From contig JBILMW010000002.1 in NCBI GenBank assembly GCA_044375335.1, forward strand, positions 59 to 64,058: a stretch of DNA of 64,000 nucleotides, given 5' to 3'. The DNA is from Terrimicrobiaceae bacterium. GTDB taxonomy: Bacteria > Verrucomicrobiota > Verrucomicrobiia > Chthoniobacterales > Terrimicrobiaceae. The position numbers and the translations under genes are program-made. The notes below the pieces were generated by a model that was given only the letters and a program-made list of their open reading frames with translations, was not told where the DNA came from and searched no databases. Shown in pieces: positions 45,915 to 55,962 of the stretch. How positions within the stretch are numbered: the stretch's first letter is position 1; every line of letters begins with the position of its first letter.

Positions 45915-47090
45915 TCAGGGAGCCACGGTTTCCACAAAGCGGAATTTGCCGTCTTGGATTTGGAGGATCACAGCGGACTTGCTCGCATTCCGGCTGGCGT
46001 CGAGCGTGATGTTGCCCGTGACCGCCGGGAATCCGCTTGTGGAGGCGATGGCGTCGCGAAGGGCGGCTGACTCCGTCGTTCCAGCGCGTTTCATGGCGTC
46101 GAAGAGGAGCATGGTGGCATCATAGGCCAGCGCCGACATGGCATCGGGGCTCTCAATGTATTTGGCTTTGTATTTTGCAAGGAAGTTCTGCACGGCGGGC
46201 GACTTGTCCTCGGCAGAAAAATGGTTGGAGAAAAAGTTCCCCTCCATCGAATCCCCTGCCACTTCGACGAGGGATGGCGAGTCCCACCCGTCGCCGCCGA
46301 GCAGGGGGACTTTGATGTCCAACTCGCGGGCCTGGCTGGCGATGAGGCCGGCCTCGTTGTAATAGCCTGCTACGAGGATGGCCTCGGGATCGGCGCTGCG
46401 GATCGAAGTGAGCTGGGCTTTGAAATCCTTGTCACCCGAGCTGTAGCTCTGCTCGCTCACAATGGTGCCGCCATTTTTTGTGAAGTAGTCTTTGAAGAAA
46501 TCCGTGAGTCCCACGGCGTAGTCCTGTTTCACATCGGTGAGGATGGCCGCCTTTTTCCAGCCGCGCTGGAGCATGAACTTCGCGAGGACGGAGCCTTGGA
46601 ACGGATCGATGAAGCAAACGCGGAAGATGTAGTCTCCGGTCTCCGTGACTTTTGGATTCGTCGAGGCAGGCGAGATCATGGGAATTTTGTTTTGCTGGCA
46701 GATCGGTGCGGCTTCCAGCGAGCGGGAGGAAGCGACCTCGCCGATAATGGCGACCGGTTTTTCGCGTGAGATCATCCGCCGCACGACCGTCGCCGCCTCG
46801 CCGGCTTTGGATTGGTCGTCTTCCGTCACGAGACGCACTTTTTTGCCCAGCACGCCGCCGTTGGCATTCATCTCGTCCACCGCCATGCGAACGCCTTTGT
46901 GCGCGGACTGGCCGAAGCTCGCGGTCGCTCCCGTGAGCGAGGCGAACTCGCCGATCACGATTTCGTTGGGATTTCCCTCTGCATCTTTCTTTTTACAGCC
47001 TGCAAAAAACAAACCGCAAAGCAGGGTTGCCACAAGGGCGGTCGAATGAAGGGGGCGTAAAGCTACGAGCGAAAAAAAGTTCCGAGTCAT
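45915..47090 (-). CDS. ABC transporter substrate-binding lipoprotein (LivJ/LivK-like, type I periplasmic binding fold)
   Basis: Lipobox LFFAGC, then IVIGEFASLTGATASFG...NANGGVLGKKV. Start is ATG 47090. Confidence 0.8.
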   Translation of the reverse strand: MTRNFFSLVALRPLHSTALVATLLCGLFFAGCKKKDAEGNPNEIVIGEFASLTGATASFGQSAHKGVRMAVDEMNANGGVLGKKVRLVTEDDQSKAGEAATVVRRMISREKPVAIIGEVASSRSLEAAPICQQNKIPMISPASTNPKVTETGDYIFRVCFIDPFQGSVLAKFMLQRGWKKAAILTDVKQDYAVGLTDFFKDYFTKNGGTIVSEQSYSSGDKDFKAQLTSIRSADPEAILVAGYYNEAGLIASQARELDIKVPLLGGDGWDSPSLVEVAGDSMEGNFFSNHFSAEDKSPAVQNFLAKYKAKYIESPDAMSALAYDATMLLFDAMKRAGTTESAALRDAIASTSGFPAVTGNITLDASRNASKSAVILQIQDGKFRFVETVAP

Positions 47091-47212
47091 CGGGTTCACA
47101 AACTGGAAAATGCGCCCCAAAGAATCAAGTTCCATATCAGGTGGAATCCTGAAATGTGCGTTCCCCCTCGACGCAGGACGCGCTGCGGTTGATAAAAAGG
47201 CCTCCTTTCTCC

Positions 47213-49594
47213 ATGGCTGCCGACCTGCCTTCCATCTTCATGAAACAAATGTTCCGCTGGCGCGTCGTTTTGATCGCTGTTATTCTCGTGGCGACTGTTG
47301 CCGGGCTGGCCCGCATCCGGGTGGATGCCAATGTTCTTGATCTCTTGCCGCAGGATCTTGTCCCGGTGAAGGGGCTCAAGGTTTTTCTGGGTCATTTCGG
47401 ACAGCCGCGTGAGTTGATCGTCGTGGTCGAGGGCAAGAATGCCGCCTCGGCAGGCGATCTGGCTAATTCCTTGGCTGGAGAACTTCGGTCCTCGCCTGAT
47501 CTCATAGTCCACAGCGCGCCTCCTTGGGCTTCGGACCCTCGCGAGCTTGTTCCTCTCGCCGCTTATGCGCTGCTCAATCAGGCTCCGGATAAATTTCAGG
47601 CGACACTGGAAAACTTATCGCCTGCGAGTGCGGGCGAGCGCGCTGCGGCCGCAGTCGAACGCCTTTCTACCACCATGGCTCCGGAGGAAATCGCCCGCAT
47701 TGCCTATGATCCGCTGAATTTGCTTTCGGCGCTCGCATCCTCCGCCTCGCCGGATATGGCAAACCGCGAGTTTTCCTCGGAGGATGGCAGAACCCGCCTT
47801 CTTTATGTGAACCCCGTCTCGCCGGACCCGCCAAGGGACTGGGTGCTTCAAGCGACTGATCGGATTCGCGAGTGGCAATCAGCCTCGCCTGAGCACATGG
47901 ACGCCCAGGTGGGATGGACAGGCGAGCCGGCATTTGTGCATGAAATATCAAGCGCCATGGAGAGCGACATGCGCGGATCGTCCATTTCTTCGCTCGCATT
48001 CGCTGCGCTCATCTTCTTTCTCGCCTATCGGCGCCTGCGGCCGCTTTGGGGATTGCTTTTTTATGTCTGCTGCAGCTTTGCGATCGCGCTTGGCCTCACG
48101 GCGCTGATCTTTCCAGGGCTTTCAATTATCAGTGTCGGCTTCGCCGCCATCCTTGCTGGGCTGACCGTGGATTACGGCTTCATTTTCTATCAACGGCGCA
48201 TCGAGCATGGAGGCACTCTTCAGGAACTCCGCGCGGCGACAACCCCCGGTATCCTTGCTGGAGCGTCAACCACAGCGGCGGCCTTTTTCAGCCTGAATCT
48301 TTCAGGCCTGCCGGGCATTGCCCAGCTCGGCACCACCGTTGCAATCGGGGTGATGGCTGGCGCTTTGCTCATGATTTTTTTCTATGCGAGCGATCTTCAA
48401 AAAATGCCGCTTCCCGCGCCGCGCCACTCACGCCCTGTCAATCCGCGCCTGCTCGGTTTGGGGAAGACCTTTTCCTTCGCAATCCTTGTGATCTCCGTGG
48501 GCGCCTTGGCGCTGCTCGGTTTTCCCCGCTGGACGACTGACACAAATTCCATGCGACCTCGCGCGAGTGTTGCCTACCCGACACTGGATCGTCTCAGCCT
48601 CGCGCTGGGCAATAATCACGATGTCCTCAACATCATCGCAGCAGGGGAATCCGAATCGATCGTTTCCGAAAAACTCGCCCATGCCCGCGCAGCCCTTGAG
48701 CAGGCGCGGAAAGACGGCCTTATTTCCAGCTTCGACCTTCCCGATGCCCTGTGGCCACATGCGGAGTTTTTAAAAACGAACCTTTCTTCGGCCTCTGTGC
48801 CTATTGCTGATAGTAAGGCCCTCTGCTCGTTGCTGAGCGACGCCGGCTTTTCCGAATCGGGCACTTTTCTTACCAAAGGCATCCTTGATCAATGGCAGGG
48901 CTGGCAGTCATCGGCCTCTCCCTCCTTGCGCGGAAATGCATCTTTTGACTGGATCGCCAGACGCACCATGAGCCTCCTCGGCCCCGACTTTGCAGCGTGC
49001 GGTGTCGCCGTCGAATCTGACCAAAACCCCTCCGCTGTCTCTGAACTCATCGACACGCTGGCCGCACAGGATATCTACATGACTGGATGGCACAAACTCG
49101 GCGACGCCCTCGCGAAGCATGCCCTCGGACACGGCTTATTGGCTGGCGCGGCATTTCTCGCCGTGCTTGGCGCAGCCTTGTTTCTCTCGCTGCGTAGTTT
49201 TCGGGATACGCTGCTCGTATTGGGCATCACAAGCCTTAGCCTTCTGGCAATGACGGGCCTGATGCGGCTCTTTTCGCTGGAGTGGAATTTTCTGAACCTC
49301 TGCTCGGTCACCCTCACCATCGGCGCCGGGGTGGATTACAGCATTCATATGATTTTCGCCCTGCGGCAAAACAATGGCAATGCAACCGCCGCATTCGCGG
49401 ATATCGGAAAAGCTCTCGGGCTCTGCGCGGCCACCACCGTCGCGGGCTTTGGCTCTTTGGCCGCCGCGCAGACCACTGGCTTGGCATCTCTCGGTATCAA
49501 CTGTGCTCTTGGCGTGGCATTGAATGCCCTCTTCGCCCTGTTCCTGCTGCCTGTGCTCTGGCGTTTTTTGATGCGCCGCCCTGCCCGGGAGTGA
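47213..49594 (+). CDS. MMPL/RND-superfamily membrane exporter
   Basis: About 790 aa with two blocks of 5-6 TM segments, each preceded by a large soluble loop. GLTVDYGFIF and GAGVDYSIHM are MMPL-type motifs. Start is ATG 47213 or the ORF-track GTG 47156. Confidence 0.75.
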   Translation: MAADLPSIFMKQMFRWRVVLIAVILVATVAGLARIRVDANVLDLLPQDLVPVKGLKVFLGHFGQPRELIVVVEGKNAASAGDLANSLAGELRSSPDLIVHSAPPWASDPRELVPLAAYALLNQAPDKFQATLENLSPASAGERAAAAVERLSTTMAPEEIARIAYDPLNLLSALASSASPDMANREFSSEDGRTRLLYVNPVSPDPPRDWVLQATDRIREWQSASPEHMDAQVGWTGEPAFVHEISSAMESDMRGSSISSLAFAALIFFLAYRRLRPLWGLLFYVCCSFAIALGLTALIFPGLSIISVGFAAILAGLTVDYGFIFYQRRIEHGGTLQELRAATTPGILAGASTTAAAFFSLNLSGLPGIAQLGTTVAIGVMAGALLMIFFYASDLQKMPLPAPRHSRPVNPRLLGLGKTFSFAILVISVGALALLGFPRWTTDTNSMRPRASVAYPTLDRLSLALGNNHDVLNIIAAGESESIVSEKLAHARAALEQARKDGLISSFDLPDALWPHAEFLKTNLSSASVPIADSKALCSLLSDAGFSESGTFLTKGILDQWQGWQSSASPSLRGNASFDWIARRTMSLLGPDFAACGVAVESDQNPSAVSELIDTLAAQDIYMTGWHKLGDALAKHALGHGLLAGAAFLAVLGAALFLSLRSFRDTLLVLGITSLSLLAMTGLMRLFSLEWNFLNLCSVTLTIGAGVDYSIHMIFALRQNNGNATAAFADIGKALGLCAATTVAGFGSLAAAQTTGLASLGINCALGVALNALFALFLLPVLWRFLMRRPARE

Positions 49595-49676
49595 ATGTAA
49601 ATCTTGAGATCCGTAAGCGCAGAGACAGGCTGGGCTTTACAACCCTTCCCATGCTGTTAGATTGTCCTCTCGATTG

Positions 49677-49750
<74 letters not shown>

Positions 49751-49761
49751 TTTCTTCCCGC

Positions 49762-50832
49762 TTATTCGAGCGTGTCGTCCAATGCGGCGAGCAGAGTTGC
49801 GATCGATTCGCGTGTTTCGTCGCCCATGTTCGAGATGCGGAAGGTTTTTCCTTTGAGTTTGCCGTAGCCGCCATCGATGACGAAGCGGTGTTTCTCACGG
49901 AGGCGTTTGATCCAGGCCGCGACATCGATCTCGCGGTTGTTTTTTACGCAGGTCAGGGAGAGCGAGCGGCGGCCTTCGGGTGCGAAGAACTCGAATCCAC
50001 GGGCGGAGAGCCACTCGTGCACCTGTGTGTTCAGCGCGGCGTGGCGTGCGTGGCGTGCGTCGACGCCCTCGCTAAAAATGTCATCCAGCTTGGATTCGAG
50101 CGCATAGATCAACGAAATAGCCGGTGTGCTGGGCGTCATGTCCTGTTCTTGGTTTTTGGCGAATTCCACAAAGTCGAAATAGTATCCGCGGTCCTTGATC
50201 GACTCGGCGCGTTTCATCGCGCGCTCGGAGACGGCGAAGAGCGCCAGGCCGGGAGGCATGGCCAGCGCTTTCTGGCTGCCTGTGAGCAACACATCGATGC
50301 CGAGATCATCCATAGGAATCGGCTGGGTGGAAAAAGAGGACACGCTGTCCACGATGAACATCACCTCGGGGAATTCACGCAGGACAGCTGCGATCTCGGG
50401 AAGCGGATTGCGCACGCCGCAGGAGGTTTCGTTGTGGATGAGGGTGAAAGTATCGAATCCACCCTCGGAGAGTTTGGCGCGGATCATGTCCGGCTCGATG
50501 GACTGCCCCCACTCGACTTGCAGCGCCGCAGCCTCTTTGCCACAGCGCTTGCTGACATCAAACCACTTGTCCGAAAACGCGCCGCACATGCCGTTGAGGA
50601 CTTTTTTTGTCGTGAGATTCCGGATCGCGCCTTCCATGACTCCCCAAGCCGACGAGGTGGAGAGAAAGACTGGGCGCTGGGTGCCAAAGAGGGTTTGCAG
50701 GCGTGGCTGGATGCCGCCGTAGAGTTTTTTGAACTCCGATCCGCGGTGGCCGATCATCGGCGTGCACATGGCGCGGAAGGTTTTTTCGGAGACTTCGATC
50801 GGACCCGGAATGAAGAGCTTGATGTGTGACAT
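49762..50832 (-). CDS. class V pyridoxal-phosphate aminotransferase (serine/alanine-glyoxylate or phosphoserine aminotransferase-like)
   Basis: MSHIKLFIPGPIEVSEKTFRAM, FTLIHNETSCGV and LLTGSQKALAMPPGLA (PLP lysine). Start at 50832. The antisense ORF 49693..50829 is rejected. Confidence 0.8.
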   Translation of the reverse strand: MSHIKLFIPGPIEVSEKTFRAMCTPMIGHRGSEFKKLYGGIQPRLQTLFGTQRPVFLSTSSAWGVMEGAIRNLTTKKVLNGMCGAFSDKWFDVSKRCGKEAAALQVEWGQSIEPDMIRAKLSEGGFDTFTLIHNETSCGVRNPLPEIAAVLREFPEVMFIVDSVSSFSTQPIPMDDLGIDVLLTGSQKALAMPPGLALFAVSERAMKRAESIKDRGYYFDFVEFAKNQEQDMTPSTPAISLIYALESKLDDIFSEGVDARHARHAALNTQVHEWLSARGFEFFAPEGRRSLSLTCVKNNREIDVAAWIKRLREKHRFVIDGGYGKLKGKTFRISNMGDETRESIATLLAALDDTLE

Positions 50833-50931
50833 GGCAAAAAAGTGAAGCCGCCATGTTACGGCCGATACGAGGCCGATGACGAAGAAATTTTGCAATCCTG
50901 CGAGCCTGCCGCCAAGATTCCCGCATTCCCA

Positions 50932-52047
50932 ATGGCCGCAAAAAAATCTTCATCAGCGATTCACTTCATCAGCGGCTCGGATGACGCCGCCGTCAAGCGC
51001 GCCGCCTCTGAACTCGCCGCCACGCTGGCTCCAGGCGCAGATGCGTTTGGTTTGGAAATTATCGATGGGGCAGTGGAAACAGTTGATGCCTCCATCGCCC
51101 GCACCCGGGAGACGATGCAATCCCTCGCCACCATGCCGTTTTTGGGCGGCACGAAACTGGTCTGGTTGAAGAGCGCGACCTTTCTTGCCGATAGCGTCGC
51201 CGGCCGTTCGGACAATGTCATCACGGTCGTCGAGCAGCTTTGCGACCTGCTCGATGAAGGTTTGCCGGATGGCGTCACTTTTCTTCTCAGCGCGCCGGGT
51301 GCGGACAAGCGCCGCTCTGCCTATAAGCGCTTCTCGAAAGCCGGGAGCACTACTCTGCACGACAAGCCAACGCTGGGCTTCGGCGCGGGCGAGGAGGAGA
51401 TCATCACCTGGACCATGCAGCAGGTGCGTGCCCGAGGGTTGAAAATCTCGGCGGATGCCGTCGAAGTGCTCGCCGCCCGCGTCGGCCTTGATTCCGCACA
51501 ACTCCACAGCGAACTCGATAAAATCGAAACTGCCTTCGGTCCCGGCCACCCCGTTGGCGAGCGCGATGTGCGCGACCTCGTCCCGGCGACACGCGAGAGC
51601 GGCGTCTTTGATATCGGCAACGCCATCTCCGCCCGAAACCTCCCGCTGGCTCTTGAAACGCTCGAGCAACTTTTTTACCAAGGCGAAAAAGGTGTCGGCA
51701 TCCTGCTGGCATCGATCGTTCCGACGGTTCGAAACCTACTGCTCGCGAAAAGCCTCCTCATCCGCCACAAGCTCCGCCCCCCCGCCGAGGCCCAGTATTT
51801 CTCAGGGACACTTGCAAAACTCCCAGCCGAAGAAACAGATTTTCTGCCCCGCAAAAAGGACGGCACCCTCAACGCCTACGGCCTCGGCATCGCCGCCAAA
51901 AGTTCCGTTCACTATGAGCTCGAAGAACTCCAGCGCGCCTTCCACGCCTGCGCCGACGCCAATCTCCAACTCATCACCAGCCAAGGCGCGGAGGATGTCG
52001 TCCTGACACGACTCCTCATCGGCTTCATGGGCAGGCCAGCAGTGTGA
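50932..52047 (+). CDS. holA: DNA polymerase III subunit delta
   Basis: About 371 aa. IHFISGSDDAAVKRAASEL, FLGGTKLVWLKSA and a later helical domain. Start is ATG 50932. Confidence 0.6.
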   Translation: MAAKKSSSAIHFISGSDDAAVKRAASELAATLAPGADAFGLEIIDGAVETVDASIARTRETMQSLATMPFLGGTKLVWLKSATFLADSVAGRSDNVITVVEQLCDLLDEGLPDGVTFLLSAPGADKRRSAYKRFSKAGSTTLHDKPTLGFGAGEEEIITWTMQQVRARGLKISADAVEVLAARVGLDSAQLHSELDKIETAFGPGHPVGERDVRDLVPATRESGVFDIGNAISARNLPLALETLEQLFYQGEKGVGILLASIVPTVRNLLLAKSLLIRHKLRPPAEAQYFSGTLAKLPAEETDFLPRKKDGTLNAYGLGIAAKSSVHYELEELQRAFHACADANLQLITSQGAEDVVLTRLLIGFMGRPAV

Positions 52048-52109
52048 GAAAAGCGGGCGCGGTTTGGGTTGGTTAAAACTGGCAGGCTATACTCTATCCG
52101 GCTCGAGTT

Positions 52110-53885
52110 TTATCGCTTTCCTTTGGACTTACCGGTCAGCAAGGCGGCGGCTTTGGAATTCTTGGAAATGAATTTACTGAACTTGGACAGATTGATTTTT
52201 CCACTAGGCGATTTCACTCCAGCCGGAGCCAACTTGACGGCTTTGGCCAAGTTGGATTTTGACACACCCAAGATTGTTGCGACATCGCTTGCGCTTCTTG
52301 AAGCTGGAGAGCCTTGAGCCAACGCAGCTTGGATTTTCATGTTGAGTAGGCTTCTGACTGCGCCTGCTGTTGAGGCATCGGAGAGTGATGTGTTTGTCGA
52401 CGAAATCGGTTTTTGAGAACTCACCGTGAGGGGCTTCAGGGCGCTACCAAATTTTTCTGGATTATCCTTGGGATTAAAACCGGCGATTTTCGCATCCGAG
52501 GTCGCAACATAGACGAAATTCTTGTAGCCAGTGACAAAACCCCCGTTCGGTGCGCTGGTCGAGGGATTAGTATTGTTCCATGTTCCAATATACGGAACAA
52601 ATGGTCCTTCTTGCTGATACGCAGTATTGGTCTTGGCGATGGGGCCAATACTATACCACTGGTCTCCGTTCGGTTTGTTGGCGTAAAACCAGATTTGATC
52701 ATCCTTAATTAAAACACCAAAAGTCACAAAGTCCGAAGTAGGCGCCCCGCCAACCACTGACCAGTCCGCAGCTTTCTGGTTTACCCCATCCTGCCCATTT
52801 ACTGGACTCTGCAACCAGCCCGTTGCGTTTCCATTTGGAAGATTTACTTGGGGTCCGGGAGGAGTGCTCGTTGTTGCGCCATAGCCGTTCCAGCTTGTTT
52901 CCATAATATCAATCTCTCTGCCGTATCCCCCTGCCCCCCCTGCAGCACTGCCATCCAAATAACCACTCACTCCGGGATACAAGTCTTTTCGCTCAGCGAG
53001 ATAGAATGTTTCACAAAATGTCTGCGCTCCGCCAACCAATGTGTTGAGGGTGCCGTTAGACCCGATTTTGATATCGATTTGCCAGCAGCCATCATAAGCC
53101 ACGCCGGTTCCATCGGTGGCGCTCCATTCGCCTGTTGTTGAATTTTGCGTTAATTGGACTGCATAAGCCCTGCTTCCGGAACCATATCCTTTAATATTTT
53201 TCGTGGATTGCCAGATGGCACCATCCTCTGCATACCACCGATAATCATCAGGTTCTGAGGTGTTTGGTGTAAAATCCATACCATAATCGATCCCCCAGAA
53301 ATTCAACCCGGAGACCCCGATCGCTTCGGAGTTGCCCAGTCCATTCGACCACCCGGCGTTCGAAATCACTGCTGGCCCCAGATTAAAGCTGGCAGGATAG
53401 ATACTTAAATCATACCACCAACGCTCATCCCATGCACTACTACCAGACGTGCTTTTGGATGCATTGTAAGTAAATTGAAGAGTTGCTCCCTGGAGATAAG
53501 TGGAATTTCCACTAAAATTTCCAGAAGAATACGGATAATTCTGCCCAGATGCAATCCCTGGAGGGGGCACATCGCCAGAGGTTACATACTTTGTTTTTGC
53601 GGTAATGCTTCCCAATGGAGTCCCGTTCGCAGCCCAAATATTCATGTTTAATGAATTGAATATAACATAACCCCAACTAGCACCTGAACTCGGAACGAGT
53701 ATTGTCCCGACGGGGGGATTTAACGCCTGACTAGAACCAGAGTTAGAATAAGGAACCCCGCCGGTCACCTCCAAGGCAAAGCCATAGTCCTCCGCAATAC
53801 CCCATTGCATAATGCAAGGGTTGTCATCTGCTCGAACAATGGAGGAAAGGATCAGCGTAGTTAATAAGGTGCTTAAGAATTTCAT
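52110..53885 (-). CDS. secreted protein with possible GH16/ConA-like glucanase core and shared C-terminal basic HTH-like module
   Basis: Signal peptide MKFLSTLLTTLILSSIVRA. GREIDIMETSW contains the ExDxxE core of GH16-type catalytic motifs (only a partial match to the full signature). The last 76 aa are homologous to the tails of 53927..55078 and 55959..57419. Confidence 0.6.
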   Translation of the reverse strand: MKFLSTLLTTLILSSIVRADDNPCIMQWGIAEDYGFALEVTGGVPYSNSGSSQALNPPVGTILVPSSGASWGYVIFNSLNMNIWAANGTPLGSITAKTKYVTSGDVPPPGIASGQNYPYSSGNFSGNSTYLQGATLQFTYNASKSTSGSSAWDERWWYDLSIYPASFNLGPAVISNAGWSNGLGNSEAIGVSGLNFWGIDYGMDFTPNTSEPDDYRWYAEDGAIWQSTKNIKGYGSGSRAYAVQLTQNSTTGEWSATDGTGVAYDGCWQIDIKIGSNGTLNTLVGGAQTFCETFYLAERKDLYPGVSGYLDGSAAGGAGGYGREIDIMETSWNGYGATTSTPPGPQVNLPNGNATGWLQSPVNGQDGVNQKAADWSVVGGAPTSDFVTFGVLIKDDQIWFYANKPNGDQWYSIGPIAKTNTAYQQEGPFVPYIGTWNNTNPSTSAPNGGFVTGYKNFVYVATSDAKIAGFNPKDNPEKFGSALKPLTVSSQKPISSTNTSLSDASTAGAVRSLLNMKIQAALAQGSPASRSASDVATILGVSKSNLAKAVKLAPAGVKSPSGKINLSKFSKFISKNSKAAALLTGKSKGKR

Positions 53886-53926
53886 ATTTATAATTTAAAT
53901 GTTTTGAAATGAGTTTTAACTTGAAT

Positions 53927-55078
53927 TTACTGCTTTTTATTTCGTTTTTTTGAGGTTTTACCTTCTAACAGGGCGGTATTTTTTGAGTTTTTCAAAAAGA
54001 ATTTATTGAGTTTGGAGAGACTAATTTTTCCGTTGGATGATTTGACTCCGGCTGGCGCTAATTTTAGGGCCTTGGACAAGTAGGATTTTGACACGCCCAA
54101 AATGGACGCTATGTCGCCCGCGCTCCGTGTATTTGCAGAACCTTGCGCCAGCGCGTTTTGGATTTTGCTACTATAGTCCGAACCCACCATAGGCCTTACC
54201 GGCAACACGGATGGGGTGGAGCTTTCTTCATCCAACATGCTTTGCGTTGGGAAATACTGCTGGTAGTAACTGTAGTTAACCTGTCCTTCGGAACTATTAC
54301 TGATGTCTGTTGCAACCTGCTGTGGGATGGCAGTCCAGTAGGCAGGCATAAGTGCCGCCAATTCCGGATTGAGCGTGTAAATCAAACAAAAGTTGACGAT
54401 CCAGAGCGGAGGGATCATCGACATTCCGACTTTCACGGAAGAGCTATCGGTCAGGTTGTAAGATACCAACTGCGCTTTGCCTGAACTATTTTGTGATAGG
54501 ACACTGTAAACAGCTTCCGTTGTGTAGGCTAAACTGTAGAGATTTTCAAGCGATTTTGTGGCACCATTTGCCTTGCACCAAGTCTCCATCCAGCCTCCTG
54601 GAGCAAGAATTTCGTTGACAGTCCGGCAAGGAGAAGTCTCCTGTGCACAGCTTTCCAACAATCCATCCTCATTGACGGTTAATCCATAGCTTCCGAGGAC
54701 AATGGTGGTTGCATTGCCGTTTATGTTGCGAACGATAGGATTTTGTTTTGTGTTTGTCAGGATGAGGGTTGCATCTGCGATCATCAATGCATTAGTCAAA
54801 TTACCTCCGTAACCACCGCCGGTAATGAAGGTAAAAAACTGTATTGGTGTGAAACATTTGTCTTTCTGCAGTCCAAACGCTTGAGCCAGTTCGTCAGCCT
54901 TAGTTTGGCCGATTGGCTGATTGATCTTTCGAGTGTCTGTCGACTCAACCCGAGTCGGAGCATAGCGCTCGTATATTTTTGATCCACAATACGGTTCAGC
55001 AAAATATCCTTGTCCAAACAAGGCTGTGTTCCCCGCGAATGCCAACGCTAAGGAAAGTGTAAAAGTGATTTTATTCAT
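53927..55078 (-). CDS. secreted protein of unknown family with shared C-terminal basic HTH-like module
   Basis: Signal peptide MNKITFTLSLALAFAGNTALFG. The N-terminal roughly 270 aa are paralogous to 55126..55962. The last 80 aa carry the shared module. Confidence 0.7.
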   Translation of the reverse strand: MNKITFTLSLALAFAGNTALFGQGYFAEPYCGSKIYERYAPTRVESTDTRKINQPIGQTKADELAQAFGLQKDKCFTPIQFFTFITGGGYGGNLTNALMIADATLILTNTKQNPIVRNINGNATTIVLGSYGLTVNEDGLLESCAQETSPCRTVNEILAPGGWMETWCKANGATKSLENLYSLAYTTEAVYSVLSQNSSGKAQLVSYNLTDSSSVKVGMSMIPPLWIVNFCLIYTLNPELAALMPAYWTAIPQQVATDISNSSEGQVNYSYYQQYFPTQSMLDEESSTPSVLPVRPMVGSDYSSKIQNALAQGSANTRSAGDIASILGVSKSYLSKALKLAPAGVKSSNGKISLSKLNKFFLKNSKNTALLEGKTSKKRNKKQ

Positions 55079-55125
55079 GATCCGGGACTTTGATTGGTTA
55101 TTCGGAAATCTTCTTCTGATCGATT

Positions 55126-55962
55126 TTACTGCTCAAGATATTGTTTAAAATCACTGTAGTTTAACTGTCCCGTGGGACTTGCCATGAGAGCTTCTTTAAC
55201 TGGTGTCGGTATGGGCGTCCAATAAGCGGGCATGAGTGCTGCTAAATCGGGATCCAACACATAGACCGCAATAAAATTAACGATCCAAATCGGAGGAATC
55301 ATCGACATTCCCACATAAGCAGACGCGGCACCCGACTTGTATTCAACCAACTCAGCATTTTTCTCGGCGATGATTTGGGATATGCTTCCATAAATAACCC
55401 CGTCTCTCAGAGCCTTGGATGCCCAGAACATGATCATGGAATCTTCAGCACCATTTGCCTTAAACCAAGTTGGTAAATAGCCGCCAGGTGCCAGAAGTTC
55501 ATTGGCTTTTCTGCATGGTGAAGAGTCTTGTGCGAGGCTTTGAAGTTTTCCATCCTCATTCACCATAAGACCATAACTACCCAGCACAATTGGCGTTGGA
55601 ACGCCGTTGATATTGCAAATGATGGGATTATCCTTCGAGTTGATAAACCAATTCGTTGCTTGGTTCAAAATGAGAGTCTCTGTCATATTGCCTCCGACTC
55701 CGCTCCCTGAGATTAATTGAAGAAACTTCATCGAGCTGAGGCATTTTCTTTTTTCAATTCCGAAGATTTTAGCGAGTTCATCAGCTCTTTCCCTTCCGAT
55801 ACCTTCGTGGAGCTTTGGGCTCGATGCATCGATGGGGGTTGGCGTGTATTTCTCCCATTCCTTTTCTCCGCAATAAGGCTCTGAAAAACCTTGGCTATAT
55901 GATGTGGCGCTGAGCGCCAAGAGGACAGCTAAAAAAGCCCGTGAATGCTGCGTTTTTTTCAT
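55126..55962 (-). CDS. secreted protein of unknown family (paralogue of 53927..55078 lacking the C-terminal module)
   Basis: Signal peptide. Conserved blocks EPYCG.K..E.Y.PT, IVLGSYGL.VNEDG, VGMSMIPP.WIVNF and LAALMPAYWT.IP are shared with the downstream paralogue. The ATG overlaps the upstream stop (ATGA). Confidence 0.7.
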   Translation of the reverse strand: MKKTQHSRAFLAVLLALSATSYSQGFSEPYCGEKEWEKYTPTPIDASSPKLHEGIGRERADELAKIFGIEKRKCLSSMKFLQLISGSGVGGNMTETLILNQATNWFINSKDNPIICNINGVPTPIVLGSYGLMVNEDGKLQSLAQDSSPCRKANELLAPGGYLPTWFKANGAEDSMIMFWASKALRDGVIYGSISQIIAEKNAELVEYKSGAASAYVGMSMIPPIWIVNFIAVYVLDPDLAALMPAYWTPIPTPVKEALMASPTGQLNYSDFKQYLEQ

